In this document: positions 10,616-20,166 of the stretch, piece by piece
Layout of the letters: each line of letters opens with the position of its first letter
How positions within the stretch are numbered: position 1 is the stretch's first letter
From: Candidatus Nomurabacteria bacterium
Lineage (GTDB): Bacteria; Patescibacteriota; Minisyncoccia; Phycocordibacterales; UBA9973
NCBI GenBank assembly: GCA_023267435.1
Contig: JAHFNH010000002.1
Location: forward strand, 4,219-68,218
Direction of reading: 5' to 3'
Length of the DNA: 64,000 nucleotides
The notes under the pieces: generated by a model
Told to the model about the DNA's origin: nothing
Database searches by the model: none
The model's input: only the letters and a program-made list of their open reading frames with translations
Translations under genes and position numbers: made by a program

Positions 10616-11746
10616 ATGAAAATAGTTTTTACAGGAGGTGGCACGGGCGGACATTTTTATCCGATCATTGCCGTCTCTCAAAAAGTCAATCAAATAATAG
10701 ATAATGAAAAGATAATAGGCGCGAAGCTTTATTATTTTTCTGATAGTCCTTATGATAAGGAAGCTCTTTTTGAAAATGGGCTTTTGTATGAGGAAATAAA
10801 CGCCGGAAAAATGCGTACTTATTTTTCTATAAAGAATTTTACCGACATTTTTAAAATGTTTTTCGGCGTTATCAATGCAATAATGAAATTATATTCAATC
10901 TATCCTGACGTTATTTTCGGTAAGGGTGGATACGCATCTTTTCCGACAATTCTCGCTGCTAGAATTTTAAACATACCTGTCATTATTCATGAATCAGATT
11001 CTGCACCGGGACGGGTAAATAAATGGGCGGGACGTTTTGCTAAAAGAGTGGCAGTATCATTCAACGAAGCGGCAGAATATTTTCCCAAAAATACCGTGGC
11101 TTGGATAGGTCAGCCGATAAGAACTGAAATAGAACATCCAGCTTTGCGCGAAGAAGCGCTTCAATATTTCAAATTAGAATCAGGTTTACCTGTCATTTTA
11201 ATCTTAGGAGGTTCTCAAGGAGCAGAACTTATAAATAATACTGTACTTGATGCTTTGCCAAGACTTGTAAAAAATTATCAAGTCATTCATCAGACTGGTG
11301 TTGTAAATTTTAAAATGGTTACAGGACGAGCTGATGTTGTTCTTTCTGATGATCCAAACAAATCAAGATACACCCCTGTCTCTTTTTTGAATCCTCTTGC
11401 GATGAAAATGGCTGCTGGTGCAGCGACAATCATCGTATCGAGAGCCGGTTCATTACTTTTTGAAATAGCTTCTTGGGGAGTGCCTTCAATTTTAATACCG
11501 ATAACCAAGACGAATATGGATCATCAAAGAAAAAATGCTTTCAATTATGCTCGCGCAGGCGCATGTAGCGTGGTAGAAGAAATGAATATGACTGCAAATA
11601 TTTTAAGTTCCGAAATCGAAAGAATAACAGGAGACAAGCAGACGTATGATCATATGGCTGAAAGCGCAAAAGCGTTCAACAAACCCGATGCAGCCGCTAA
11701 AATAGCCAGAGAGCTCGTAAATATCGCCCTTGGGCATGAGAAATAA
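10616..11746 (+). CDS. murG: Lipid II GlcNAc transferase MurG
   Basis: GGGTGGH, GGYAS, GGSQGA, SRAG. Confidence 0.95.
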   Translation: MKIVFTGGGTGGHFYPIIAVSQKVNQIIDNEKIIGAKLYYFSDSPYDKEALFENGLLYEEINAGKMRTYFSIKNFTDIFKMFFGVINAIMKLYSIYPDVIFGKGGYASFPTILAARILNIPVIIHESDSAPGRVNKWAGRFAKRVAVSFNEAAEYFPKNTVAWIGQPIRTEIEHPALREEALQYFKLESGLPVILILGGSQGAELINNTVLDALPRLVKNYQVIHQTGVVNFKMVTGRADVVLSDDPNKSRYTPVSFLNPLAMKMAAGAATIIVSRAGSLLFEIASWGVPSILIPITKTNMDHQRKNAFNYARAGACSVVEEMNMTANILSSEIERITGDKQTYDHMAESAKAFNKPDAAAKIARELVNIALGHEK

Positions 11747-11777
11747 AAAAACACTATATTATTATAGTGTTTTTTTT
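11745..11777. terminator. Bidirectional terminator between murG and the orphan
   Basis: AAAAAAACACTATA...TATAGTGTTTTTTT. Confidence 0.7.
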
Positions 11778-11792
11778 GATTTAAATTATTTT

Positions 11793-12107
11793 TTACATTT
11801 TTACTACCAAAGAAATTTTTCCAAGAGTGTGTTTATTTCTAAGTAAATCATAAGGAATACTTATCCCTTTATTAATAGAAATTCTTTTTTCTTTGGAAAT
11901 ACGGCCAAGTCCTAAAGCATTAATTTTACCTTTTAAAGAGTGTTTTTTCTTCCATTCTTTAAGTTGCATTTTAGATGCATCTGTTAGATATTGAATAGCT
12001 TTTTCTTTTTCGGGTGCATTAAAGCAAAGTTCGAGTTGAGGTGCAAAAGCTACTTGTTGTCCAGATTCCTCGAAGAGGACATAATCAATAGTTAGTTTTC
12101 TGTTCAT
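11793..12107 (-). CDS. Orphan, possibly HicB-like antitoxin N-terminal fold
   Basis: VAFAPQLELCFNAPEKEKAIQYL resembles the HicB pattern; own promoter and terminator. Confidence 0.45.
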   Translation of the reverse strand: MNRKLTIDYVLFEESGQQVAFAPQLELCFNAPEKEKAIQYLTDASKMQLKEWKKKHSLKGKINALGLGRISKEKRISINKGISIPYDLLRNKHTLGKISLVVKM

Positions 12108-12228
12108 TTTTTTTAGTTTTTATGTTAAGTAACAATTAAATTTCTAATACAACAGTATCATGTAGTAATAAATAGGTCAATTCTTTATAATTCTTTTCCT
12201 AATCACTGAAAAATGCTAAAATATATGA

Positions 12229-13644
12229 ATGGAAAATAAAGTTGTCACAAGATTTGCCCCTTCGCCCACAGGTTTTATGCATGTGGGTAATTTGCGTACA
12301 GCTTTATATTCTTGGCTTTGGGCTAAGAAAAATAACGGCACTTTTATTTTAAGAATTGAAGATACAGACAAGGAAAGGGAAGTTGCAGGTGCTGAAGAAC
12401 ATATTATAAAAGTTTTAAAATGGGTTGGTTTGAATTGGGACGAAGGCCCGATTGTCGGCGGTCCGCAAAATTCCTACAAGCAATCAGAAAGATTAGATTT
12501 ATATAAAAAATACGCACAAACTTTAATAGATAAAGGCTTGGCTTATCCTGATCCTTACACAGCAGAGGAAGTTGAAGAATTTCGCAAAAAAGCTGAAGCA
12601 GATAAAAAAGCTTTTTTATATCGCGAACACAGGCCAGAAACTTTCGGAGTTTGGGATGGCACTAAACCTCTGCGTTTTAAAATTGAAAATATAAAACGCT
12701 ATGAATGGAATGATGTAGTTTTTGGCGATCTTTCGGCTGGACCAGAAGCATTGGACGATTTTATCTTAATTAAAAGCGATGGTTACCCGACTTATAACTT
12801 TTGTCACATTGTGGATGATATTGAAATGAATATTACTCATGTGATTCGCGGTCAAGAATACATCCCTTCTATTCCAAAATTTTTAGCTCTTTATGAAGCA
12901 TTAGGAGTGAAACCTCCAATTTTTGCCTGTTTACCTCACATTATGGGCAAAGATGGCCATAAAAAACTTGGTAAACGTGATGGAGCAAAAGATGCTTTTG
13001 AATATAAAGAAGAAGGTTATTTACCAGAAGCTTTAATAAACTTTTTAGCTTTATTGGGTTGGCATCCAAGTAGTGATCAAGAAGTGTTTACAGTCGAAGA
13101 ATTAATAAAAAGTTTTGAATTAGAAAGAATTCAAAAATCTGGAGCTCAGTGGAATGATGAAAAATTAGATTGGATAAATAAAGAACACATCAAAAAACTT
13201 TCTTCAGAAGAACTCCAGAAAAATATTTTTGAATGGCTACCGGAGAATTTGAGAATACAAAAAATTATTCCTCTTATAACAGAGAGAATTTCAAAGTTTG
13301 GAGATATTAAAAAAATGATTGAAATAGGGGAGTTAGACTTTTTGGTTAAACAGCCTGAGTATGCCAAAGAAAAATTAATTTTCAAAAACACTGCACCTGA
13401 AAAAATAAAGTCTAATTTACAACAGGCAATAAAAGCCTTAGAAAATATAGCTGAAAATGAGTTTACGTCCGAGAACGTTAAGGCTGCTTTAATGCAAATA
13501 GCTGACACACTAGAGAGTCGAGGAGAATTATTGCATCCAGTTCGTTTCGCATTGTCAGGACTGGATAAATCTCCCGATCCTTTTATTATTGCGGATATTT
13601 TAGGAAAAAATGAAACTATATCACGCTTACAAAAAGCAATTTAA
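12229..13644 (+). CDS. gltX: Glutamyl-tRNA synthetase
   Basis: RFAPSPTG, HVGN, RIEDTD, KLGKR. Confidence 0.96.
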   Translation: MENKVVTRFAPSPTGFMHVGNLRTALYSWLWAKKNNGTFILRIEDTDKEREVAGAEEHIIKVLKWVGLNWDEGPIVGGPQNSYKQSERLDLYKKYAQTLIDKGLAYPDPYTAEEVEEFRKKAEADKKAFLYREHRPETFGVWDGTKPLRFKIENIKRYEWNDVVFGDLSAGPEALDDFILIKSDGYPTYNFCHIVDDIEMNITHVIRGQEYIPSIPKFLALYEALGVKPPIFACLPHIMGKDGHKKLGKRDGAKDAFEYKEEGYLPEALINFLALLGWHPSSDQEVFTVEELIKSFELERIQKSGAQWNDEKLDWINKEHIKKLSSEELQKNIFEWLPENLRIQKIIPLITERISKFGDIKKMIEIGELDFLVKQPEYAKEKLIFKNTAPEKIKSNLQQAIKALENIAENEFTSENVKAALMQIADTLESRGELLHPVRFALSGLDKSPDPFIIADILGKNETISRLQKAI

Positions 13645-14908
13645 TTTTTTTCTTTTAGTTATTATTTTGGTATTAATGCCAATCGTTTTTTCTTATGCGC
13701 AAACAGCGACAGAATTAAATAGTAAGATAGATCAAAAGAGCAAAGACATCGCGGCTTTGGAGCAAGAAATTAAGCAATATCAATCACAGCTTGATGATTT
13801 AGGTAAACAAAAAAGTTCCTTGAATGGTTCTTTGAAAGAACTTGATATCACTCGCAAAAAATTAATTGCTGATATTTCTGTAACTCAAAATAAAATTGAT
13901 CAAACAAATTACAAGATCGAAGATTTAAATTCTCAGATAGGCAATAAAGAAGATATTATTTCAAGTGATATTGTTGCCATAAAAGATCAAATAGTTAAGA
14001 CCAATGAGCTTGAGCTTGATTCGATAGTTGTAAACGTTCTTTCTGAAAAAAATATCAGTGATGCGTGGAATGATATAGACAATATGGCCACAGTCCGTGA
14101 AAAAATAAGACAAAAAATTGTTGAATTAAAACAAATAAAAGGAGAATTGGAAGATACAAGAAAAGAAACAACGGATGCCAGAAATCAATTGGTTTCTCTT
14201 AAGAATGAGTTGGCTGATCAGAAAAAGATAGTCGATCAAAATACTAATGATAAAAAGAAACTTTTAGCGCAAACAAAAAACAATGAAGCCAATTATCAGA
14301 AATTATTAAAAGATAGATTGGCTAAAAAAGATGCTTTTGAAAAAGATTTGCGTGATTATGAATCACAATTGAAATTTATTCTTGATCCTTCTAAGCTTCC
14401 TAGTAGCGGAGTTTTGAGCTGGCCGTTGGATAATATTTTTATAACTCAAATGTTCGGTAAAACTGAGGCCGGTAAGCGCTTATATGCCAACGGTACGCAT
14501 AATGGAATGGATTTTCGTGCTTCTGTCGGTACACCAGTGAAAGCTATGGCAGACGGTGTTGTGGCTGGTATTGGTGATACTGATGTTCAGTGTCCAGGAG
14601 TTTCTTTTGGACGTTTTACTCTCATTAAGTATGATAACGGTCTAGCAAGCACTTATGGGCACTTGTCGCTTATAAAAGTAGCCACTGGAGATAGAGTCTC
14701 TCGGGGCCAAATTGTTGGTTATAGTGGAAATACTGGATATTATACAGGACCGCATTTACATGTCTCGGTTTATGCGCGTGACGCCGTTAATTTGAAGACT
14801 TTGCCAAGTAAATCATGTCCCGGCCATGTTTTGACTCAACCAATATCTGCTGTTAATGCATATCTTGATCCGGCTTATTATCTGCCTCCTTATAATTATA
14901 AAAATTAA
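13610..14908 (+). CDS. Coiled-coil M23 peptidase (EnvC/MepM-like)
   Basis: Signal peptide, long coiled coil, HNGMD, YGHL, TGPHLH. Confidence 0.88.
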   Translation: MKLYHAYKKQFNFFLLVIILVLMPIVFSYAQTATELNSKIDQKSKDIAALEQEIKQYQSQLDDLGKQKSSLNGSLKELDITRKKLIADISVTQNKIDQTNYKIEDLNSQIGNKEDIISSDIVAIKDQIVKTNELELDSIVVNVLSEKNISDAWNDIDNMATVREKIRQKIVELKQIKGELEDTRKETTDARNQLVSLKNELADQKKIVDQNTNDKKKLLAQTKNNEANYQKLLKDRLAKKDAFEKDLRDYESQLKFILDPSKLPSSGVLSWPLDNIFITQMFGKTEAGKRLYANGTHNGMDFRASVGTPVKAMADGVVAGIGDTDVQCPGVSFGRFTLIKYDNGLASTYGHLSLIKVATGDRVSRGQIVGYSGNTGYYTGPHLHVSVYARDAVNLKTLPSKSCPGHVLTQPISAVNAYLDPAYYLPPYNYKN

Positions 14909-14959
14909 TTAACAATTTGTGTGTTGTTTTGAGCTGATGTTTGATGATATAATGTGATT

Positions 14960-15112
14960 ATGAATATAAAGAATATAGAAAATAAAGAAGGCGGATTTTT
15001 AAGAATAATCCTTTTCATAATTGTAGTTGTGTTTTTGATGAGTTATTTTCATATTACCGTAACTATGGTTTTCCATTGGTTTGTAACGATGTTCCATAAT
15101 GTTTTTTCATAA
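14960..15112 (+). CDS. Small pilin-like protein (50 aa, not in the ORF track)
   Basis: Hand translation MNIKNIENKEGGFLRIILFIIVVVFLMSYF...VFS*; TATAAT 6 nt upstream. Confidence 0.7.
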   Translation: MNIKNIENKEGGFLRIILFIIVVVFLMSYFHITVTMVFHWFVTMFHNVFS

Positions 15113-15115
15113 AAC

Positions 15116-15445
15116 ATGAAAAATAAATCAAATAAAAAAGGCGGAATAAGCATACTAGGAATATTGTTTCTAACTGTTATTTTAATTTTTGTTTTAAGTT
15201 ATTTCAATATAAGTTTGAAAGCTATTGTTGAGAATCCTAATACCCAAAATAATTTCAGTTATGCTGGTTATGTCGGTAGAAGTTTATGGAATGATTATTT
15301 ATCAAAACCAGTATCAGATGTATTAGGCGGAATTACAGTGAAAACAATTTGGGATGGTTTTATTTCAAATATGCAAAATATTCATGATGGCAAGCCTACA
15401 GACTTTCAAAAACTAGCTCCAATTGTCAAATTTAATTCAAATTGA
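15116..15445 (+). CDS. Pilin-like membrane protein
   Basis: Basic leader KKGG then hydrophobic helix; paralogous C-terminus with next ORF. Confidence 0.7.
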   Translation: MKNKSNKKGGISILGILFLTVILIFVLSYFNISLKAIVENPNTQNNFSYAGYVGRSLWNDYLSKPVSDVLGGITVKTIWDGFISNMQNIHDGKPTDFQKLAPIVKFNSN

Positions 15446-15475
15446 TTTTTCTATACTAGGGGTTATAATTTAAGT

Positions 15476-15676
15476 ATGAAAAGAATAGGTGATCAGAGCA
15501 GGGGATTTATCCAGGCCATGATCTCCATCGCCATAATGGTGATTATCTTTTATCTCGTTGTAAATACGGCCTTATTCAAGTTCTTTTGGAATTCTTTTGT
15601 CTCAAATATGCAAAGAATTCACGATGGTAAACCGACAGATTGGCAACTCGCTGCACCTAGAGCAGTGTTTAAATAA
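15476..15676 (+). CDS. Pilin-like small protein
   Basis: QSRG/F leader; shares SNMQxIHDGKPTD with preceding ORF. Confidence 0.7.
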   Translation: MKRIGDQSRGFIQAMISIAIMVIIFYLVVNTALFKFFWNSFVSNMQRIHDGKPTDWQLAAPRAVFK

Positions 15677-15764
15677 TTTGACTATTATATTTTTATATGT
15701 TAGAATTCTAACGAAGGGAAGTTAGCTCTTTTAAAAATAAATATAAACCAAAAATAAAACGAAA

Positions 15765-16601
15765 ATGAGGAAAGTAATTTTTTTGTTGTGCTTGTTAACT
15801 CAGACAGTTAGCGCGCAACACGGTAAGATGTCGGTGTCGTTTTGTTCTGGCACAGATAAAATAAATTTTAACGGAGGTGATTTTATTAATCAGGATTCAA
15901 TAAATTTTTACGATCATTCGACTGGTAAAATTACCAAATGGAAATGGGAATTCGATGGAGCGGAAAATCCTGTTCTGGAATATGACAAATTTCGTCCAGT
16001 AGTGAGTGCTAAATGGAAAAAAGATGGTCGCTATAAAGTGAAGTTAACAACTTTTAATTCAAAAGGTGATTACAGTACTTTTGGTGTAACAATCTATGTA
16101 AAATTTATTAGCACAGAACCAGAAGAAAAAAAACAGAAAAAAGATTACCTTTCTTTGTTTGTTGGTCCTACAGCTGAATTCATTTTTCCGACACAAAAAG
16201 GGAATTCAAATGAAACTTTTTTAGGTGGAATGAGTGGACTTATAATCAAACCGCATAGTAAATGGACTTCGAATATTACAGTGGGTTATTTTTTGGAACA
16301 TAATATTGGATCATCAGTATCTAAGAAATTTTCGGGATTATATACCAATATAATGGTTCCTGTATCAAAAAAGGGTCATGTAATGTTCGGACCTACATTT
16401 CGGGTCGGAAAATACGTTCAAGGGTCTACAAAAGGGTTCGCTAAGGCATTTGGGTTACAAATGAATTATTTACCTAATAAGACTTTAACACCTAAAGGAC
16501 CAATCGATATGCGATTACAGATCGCTTCAGCCGTTGAAGTTTTTAATGTCAGCGATGTTTCTGGTTCCTTAACAGTTTTATTTGATTTTGGTTTGAGATA
16601 G
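15765..16601 (+). CDS. Secreted PKD-domain protein with beta-rich C-terminus
   Basis: Signal peptide, F.D.S.G...W.W.F.G...G.Y.V.LT PKD pattern. Confidence 0.65.
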   Translation: MRKVIFLLCLLTQTVSAQHGKMSVSFCSGTDKINFNGGDFINQDSINFYDHSTGKITKWKWEFDGAENPVLEYDKFRPVVSAKWKKDGRYKVKLTTFNSKGDYSTFGVTIYVKFISTEPEEKKQKKDYLSLFVGPTAEFIFPTQKGNSNETFLGGMSGLIIKPHSKWTSNITVGYFLEHNIGSSVSKKFSGLYTNIMVPVSKKGHVMFGPTFRVGKYVQGSTKGFAKAFGLQMNYLPNKTLTPKGPIDMRLQIASAVEVFNVSDVSGSLTVLFDFGLR

Positions 16602-16625
16602 TTAGTTTAATTTAGTTTTATTACA

Positions 16626-16658
16626 GAAAAGCCTTCTTTTAATTAAGAGGGCTTTTTT
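16626..16658 (+). terminator. Intrinsic terminator of the PKD cassette
   Basis: AAAAGCCTTCTT-loop-AAGAGGGCTTTTTT. Confidence 0.7.
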
Positions 16659-16755
16659 ATTATCTTTATTATATATGCTATGTCGCAAAGATATATTGTG
16701 CGACATCCTCATAATAATTCCCCTTTAAAAAATAAAGCTATAAAACCGGCTTTTA

Positions 16756-17706
16756 TTATATTGCAGGCTCATGTTTAGTAATGCAATCATTATAAAGTTT
16801 CACTTGCCTATTATATTCGGCAGTTTCTTCTTTTAGTTTTATAATTTCTTGATTATAAACGCCAATTCTATCATTGTAGTTATTTATGTCTTTTTCGTAT
16901 TCAGGATTCGTTTTATCTAAAATGTTCTCTATAGAGCTTTTTAATGCGTTTAAATTAACTGATTCAGCATCTAACTGTATCTTTTTACTGCTTGCTTCTT
17001 CTTTTAACTTTAAATCAACTCCCGGGCAAATATTTGAGGATAAACCGAAATGTTGCACGGCGACCCAAATATTTTTTCCTTGATAAAATCCTTTCTTAAC
17101 TGATACCCCAATCTCTTTATACTGACTCTTTAAAATATTTGCGCGATGACCTGGGCTTGCCATCCAAGCATCCACCAAATCGCGATCATTTTCAAAATCA
17201 CCCATTGCAAGATTTTCGCCGATTAAAATGAAATCATACTCACTCTCCTTGCTCAAATCTTCTATTGTCGTGCCATTTGGCGAAACATGCTCGAAATATT
17301 GTTTTTGAAAAATATCATTTAATTTTATTTCAGCAGAATTGTCTAATTTTGAATTCTCAGAAAGAGATGTAAATCCATAACGTTCTCTCTGAATATTTGT
17401 CAGTAAAATAATTCCTTTTGCATCTAAAAAACCGGAATTTTCAAAAAGATAGCTTGGGCTAGATATTTCTTCTGTTTTTGTTTTTAAAAGTGGCGGAGGC
17501 GTGAATAATTCTTTTTGTTTAGCTTGTATCACCTCTTGTTTTACTTCTGTTTTAGTATCTGGCTGTACATTTTGTTTTATTTCTTCTTGATTACTATTTC
17601 CAAAATAAACTGGATTAGAAAATTGCAAAAATAAAAATCTGATGCCAAGCAACAAAAAAATTCCAATTAAAAAAGAAACTCTTATTTTTCTGTTAATTTT
17701 TTTCAT
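16756..17706 (-). CDS. CAP/SCP-domain protein
   Basis: YFEH, GENLA, WMASPGHRANIL, VQHFG. Confidence 0.9.
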   Translation of the reverse strand: MKKINRKIRVSFLIGIFLLLGIRFLFLQFSNPVYFGNSNQEEIKQNVQPDTKTEVKQEVIQAKQKELFTPPPLLKTKTEEISSPSYLFENSGFLDAKGIILLTNIQRERYGFTSLSENSKLDNSAEIKLNDIFQKQYFEHVSPNGTTIEDLSKESEYDFILIGENLAMGDFENDRDLVDAWMASPGHRANILKSQYKEIGVSVKKGFYQGKNIWVAVQHFGLSSNICPGVDLKLKEEASSKKIQLDAESVNLNALKSSIENILDKTNPEYEKDINNYNDRIGVYNQEIIKLKEETAEYNRQVKLYNDCITKHEPAI

Positions 17707-17708
17707 TT

Positions 17709-18086
17709 TTATTTACAAGAACTTGAAAGCTCATAACCGGCTTTTTCAGCTTCGGCTGGTGAGTTAAAATAAATTTTATTACCATCTTTAATGGTTTTTC
17801 CAGCTGAACATCCAGAGGGATAATATTTGTGTCCATTTTTAGATGCAAAATAATTTTGGGAAGTTTTTGTAGAAATAATGCTATTTGGAGACGTATTTAG
17901 TGTAGTATTCGACAAACCAACGGTGGCATTTTCCTGGGTTGGATATTCTATTTTGATACCCGAAGATGAACTTTCTTTTGATAATCTGCCAATTCCAAAA
18001 CAGCTCAAGCCCACCAGAACAACGATAAGAATCGTCAAAGCATCCTTTCCCCCATCACTTTCTATAAATTGCTTGATTTTTTTCAC
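17709..18086 (-). CDS. Membrane-anchored protein with Ada metal-binding-like C-terminus
   Basis: ASKNGHKYY..C and F.S..EAEKAGY..C. Confidence 0.65.
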   Translation of the reverse strand: MKKIKQFIESDGGKDALTILIVVLVGLSCFGIGRLSKESSSSGIKIEYPTQENATVGLSNTTLNTSPNSIISTKTSQNYFASKNGHKYYPSGCSAGKTIKDGNKIYFNSPAEAEKAGYELSSSCK

Positions 18087-18155
18087 GGAATTGTTTATAC
18101 TCTATCTACGTTAGTTATAAAAGAATTTTACCATTAAATAATATAAAAGCAATAT

Positions 18156-18428
18156 ATGGCACATAGAAAGGCCGGCGGAACCGCCAAAAATTTAAGAGAC
18201 TCCAATCCAAAGTACCTAGGTACTAAACTTGCTGATGGCCAAAAAGCTCAGTCTGGTTCTATTATTATTCGTCAGAGAGGTACAGCTATTATGGCTGGTA
18301 CTAATGTCGGTATCGGTAAAGATCATACTCTTTTCGCTCTAAAACCAGGAACTGTAAAATTTGGTTCCAAACGAAAAACATCTTTCAATGGAAAGACTAC
18401 AGTTAAGAAAGTGGTAAACGTAATATAA
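18156..18428 (+). CDS. rpmA: 50S ribosomal protein L27
   Basis: [19 protein letters not shown]. Confidence 0.97.
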   Translation: MAHRKAGGTAKNLRDSNPKYLGTKLADGQKAQSGSIIIRQRGTAIMAGTNVGIGKDHTLFALKPGTVKFGSKRKTSFNGKTTVKKVVNVI

Positions 18429-18437
18429 AAATTTCAA

Positions 18438-18475
18438 TAAAAAAATCCTCTGCTAGCTAGCAGAGGATTTTTTTA
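18438..18475. terminator. Bidirectional terminator between rpmA and rplI
   Basis: AAAAAATCCTCTGCTAGCTAGCAGAGGATTTTTT palindrome. Confidence 0.85.
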
Positions 18476-18916
18476 TATTTCTTCTACTTTTAGTTTAAAA
18501 GAAGATTTCTTTCCTTTTATTTGGATTGGTATTTCAAACTCCCCTATTTCTTTTATTGGTTTTTCTAAAACGATGAATTCTTCGTTGATTTCAGCTCGGT
18601 GTTCTAATTTCATCGCATCTACAATTTCTTTTTTATGAATTGCAGAAAAAAGATTTCCCTTCTCATTCGCCTTCCCTTTTATAGTGATTACTTTTCCTTT
18701 TATTTCCTCTAAATTTTTCATTAAAAGTTCTTCCTGAATTTCTCTTTCAACTACAATTTCTTTTTTTCTTTTTTCAAGATCTGATATTGCTTGAGCTGTA
18801 GCTGGTATTGCAAGTTGCCTTGGCAATAAAAAATTTGCGGCATAACCGTCGTTTACTTCTTTTATGTCGTGTCTTTTTCCAACTTTCGGAACATCTTTTG
18901 TTAAGATTACTTTCAT
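18473..18916 (-). CDS. rplI: 50S ribosomal protein L9
   Basis: MKVIL..DV..VG, GYAANFLLP. Confidence 0.96.
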   Translation of the reverse strand: MKVILTKDVPKVGKRHDIKEVNDGYAANFLLPRQLAIPATAQAISDLEKRKKEIVVEREIQEELLMKNLEEIKGKVITIKGKANEKGNLFSAIHKKEIVDAMKLEHRAEINEEFIVLEKPIKEIGEFEIPIQIKGKKSSFKLKVEEI

Positions 18917-18933
18917 TTTATTGATTATTTTAA

Positions 18934-20142
18934 TTAATTCTTTAATAATTCAACTGCTTTGTCTAATTGTGGATCTTTTTTCTGATCAGCATCTTTCTGT
19001 GTATACTCTACAGCATAATCTGGTGTTAACCCTTTTTCAGAGATTGAATTACCTTTTGGTGTCAACCATTTTGCTACTGTAATTTTCAAAATAGTATCTG
19101 GTGTTATGTTTACGACTTCCTGTACAGATCCCTTGCCATAACTCTTAGTACCAACTAACTTTGCTTTTCCATAGTCCTGCATAGCGCCAGCAAGAATTTC
19201 TGATGCTGAGGCTGATCCGCTATCAATCAAAATTACAAACTTTAATTGATCACTAAAAATGTTGTAACCCGCACTTCTATAATCTTTAGAAGGTTCATTG
19301 TTTCCATAATCTTCAGTCACTACAACTTTGCCTGGTGGCAAAAACCAACTAGCCATGCTTACTGCAGCATCAAGATAACCACCTGGATTTCCCCTCAAAT
19401 CAAGAAGTAGTTTGTCGCTCTTTGAATCAACAAATTTTTTCATTGCATCTTGGAAAAGACTAGCTGAGTTGGCAGAGAAACTGTAAAGTTTTATCACAAA
19501 AATTCCATCAGAACGGACTTCAGTATCAAGTGTTGGAATATTAATAGTATCACGCACAAGTTTTATTTCTCTTGGCTGTTTTTCACCATTGCGGAAAATA
19601 GTAAGTGCAACCGTTGTGCCTTTTTCACCACGGATAAGTTTTATTGCTTTTTCAATACTCAAATCAGAAGTTACTTTTGAATCAATTTTTAAAATTTTGT
19701 CTCCTGGCTTTATATTAGCTTTGTAGGCTGGACTATCTTTAAGTGGAGCTATGACTGTGAGTATTTTGTCTTTAATGCCGACTTCCATTCCCACACCGCT
19801 GAAATTTCCAGCTATACTATCTTCAAACATCTTTGCTTCGTCTGGAGAAAAGAATACGCTATATGGATCATTTAAAGAGCCCATGAGGCCTGAAATTGCC
19901 CCATAAACCCTATCTTGGTCACTTACTTTAGAAGCTCCCGGATATTTTTCATTGATAGTGTTCCAAACTTTCCAAAATGGTGAAAAATCAGCTTGTGTTT
20001 GGACAGCAGTGTCTTTGCTGGATAATTCTACTTTGCTTATTTCAGGGCGATTATGAAAACCTACATAAACTCCAAAAGCGAAAAAAATCGCAATTACCAA
20101 GATTAAGGAATCGGTTATTTTATTTTTTAAATTTTCGAACAT
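18934..20142 (-). CDS. C-terminal processing protease (S41)
   Basis: DPYS, PDZ domain, DLRGNPGG, SASASE, GKGSVQ. Confidence 0.93.
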   Translation of the reverse strand: MFENLKNKITDSLILVIAIFFAFGVYVGFHNRPEISKVELSSKDTAVQTQADFSPFWKVWNTINEKYPGASKVSDQDRVYGAISGLMGSLNDPYSVFFSPDEAKMFEDSIAGNFSGVGMEVGIKDKILTVIAPLKDSPAYKANIKPGDKILKIDSKVTSDLSIEKAIKLIRGEKGTTVALTIFRNGEKQPREIKLVRDTINIPTLDTEVRSDGIFVIKLYSFSANSASLFQDAMKKFVDSKSDKLLLDLRGNPGGYLDAAVSMASWFLPPGKVVVTEDYGNNEPSKDYRSAGYNIFSDQLKFVILIDSGSASASEILAGAMQDYGKAKLVGTKSYGKGSVQEVVNITPDTILKITVAKWLTPKGNSISEKGLTPDYAVEYTQKDADQKKDPQLDKAVELLKN

Positions 20143-20166
20143 GTAAAGGTGATTATATCAGATTTT

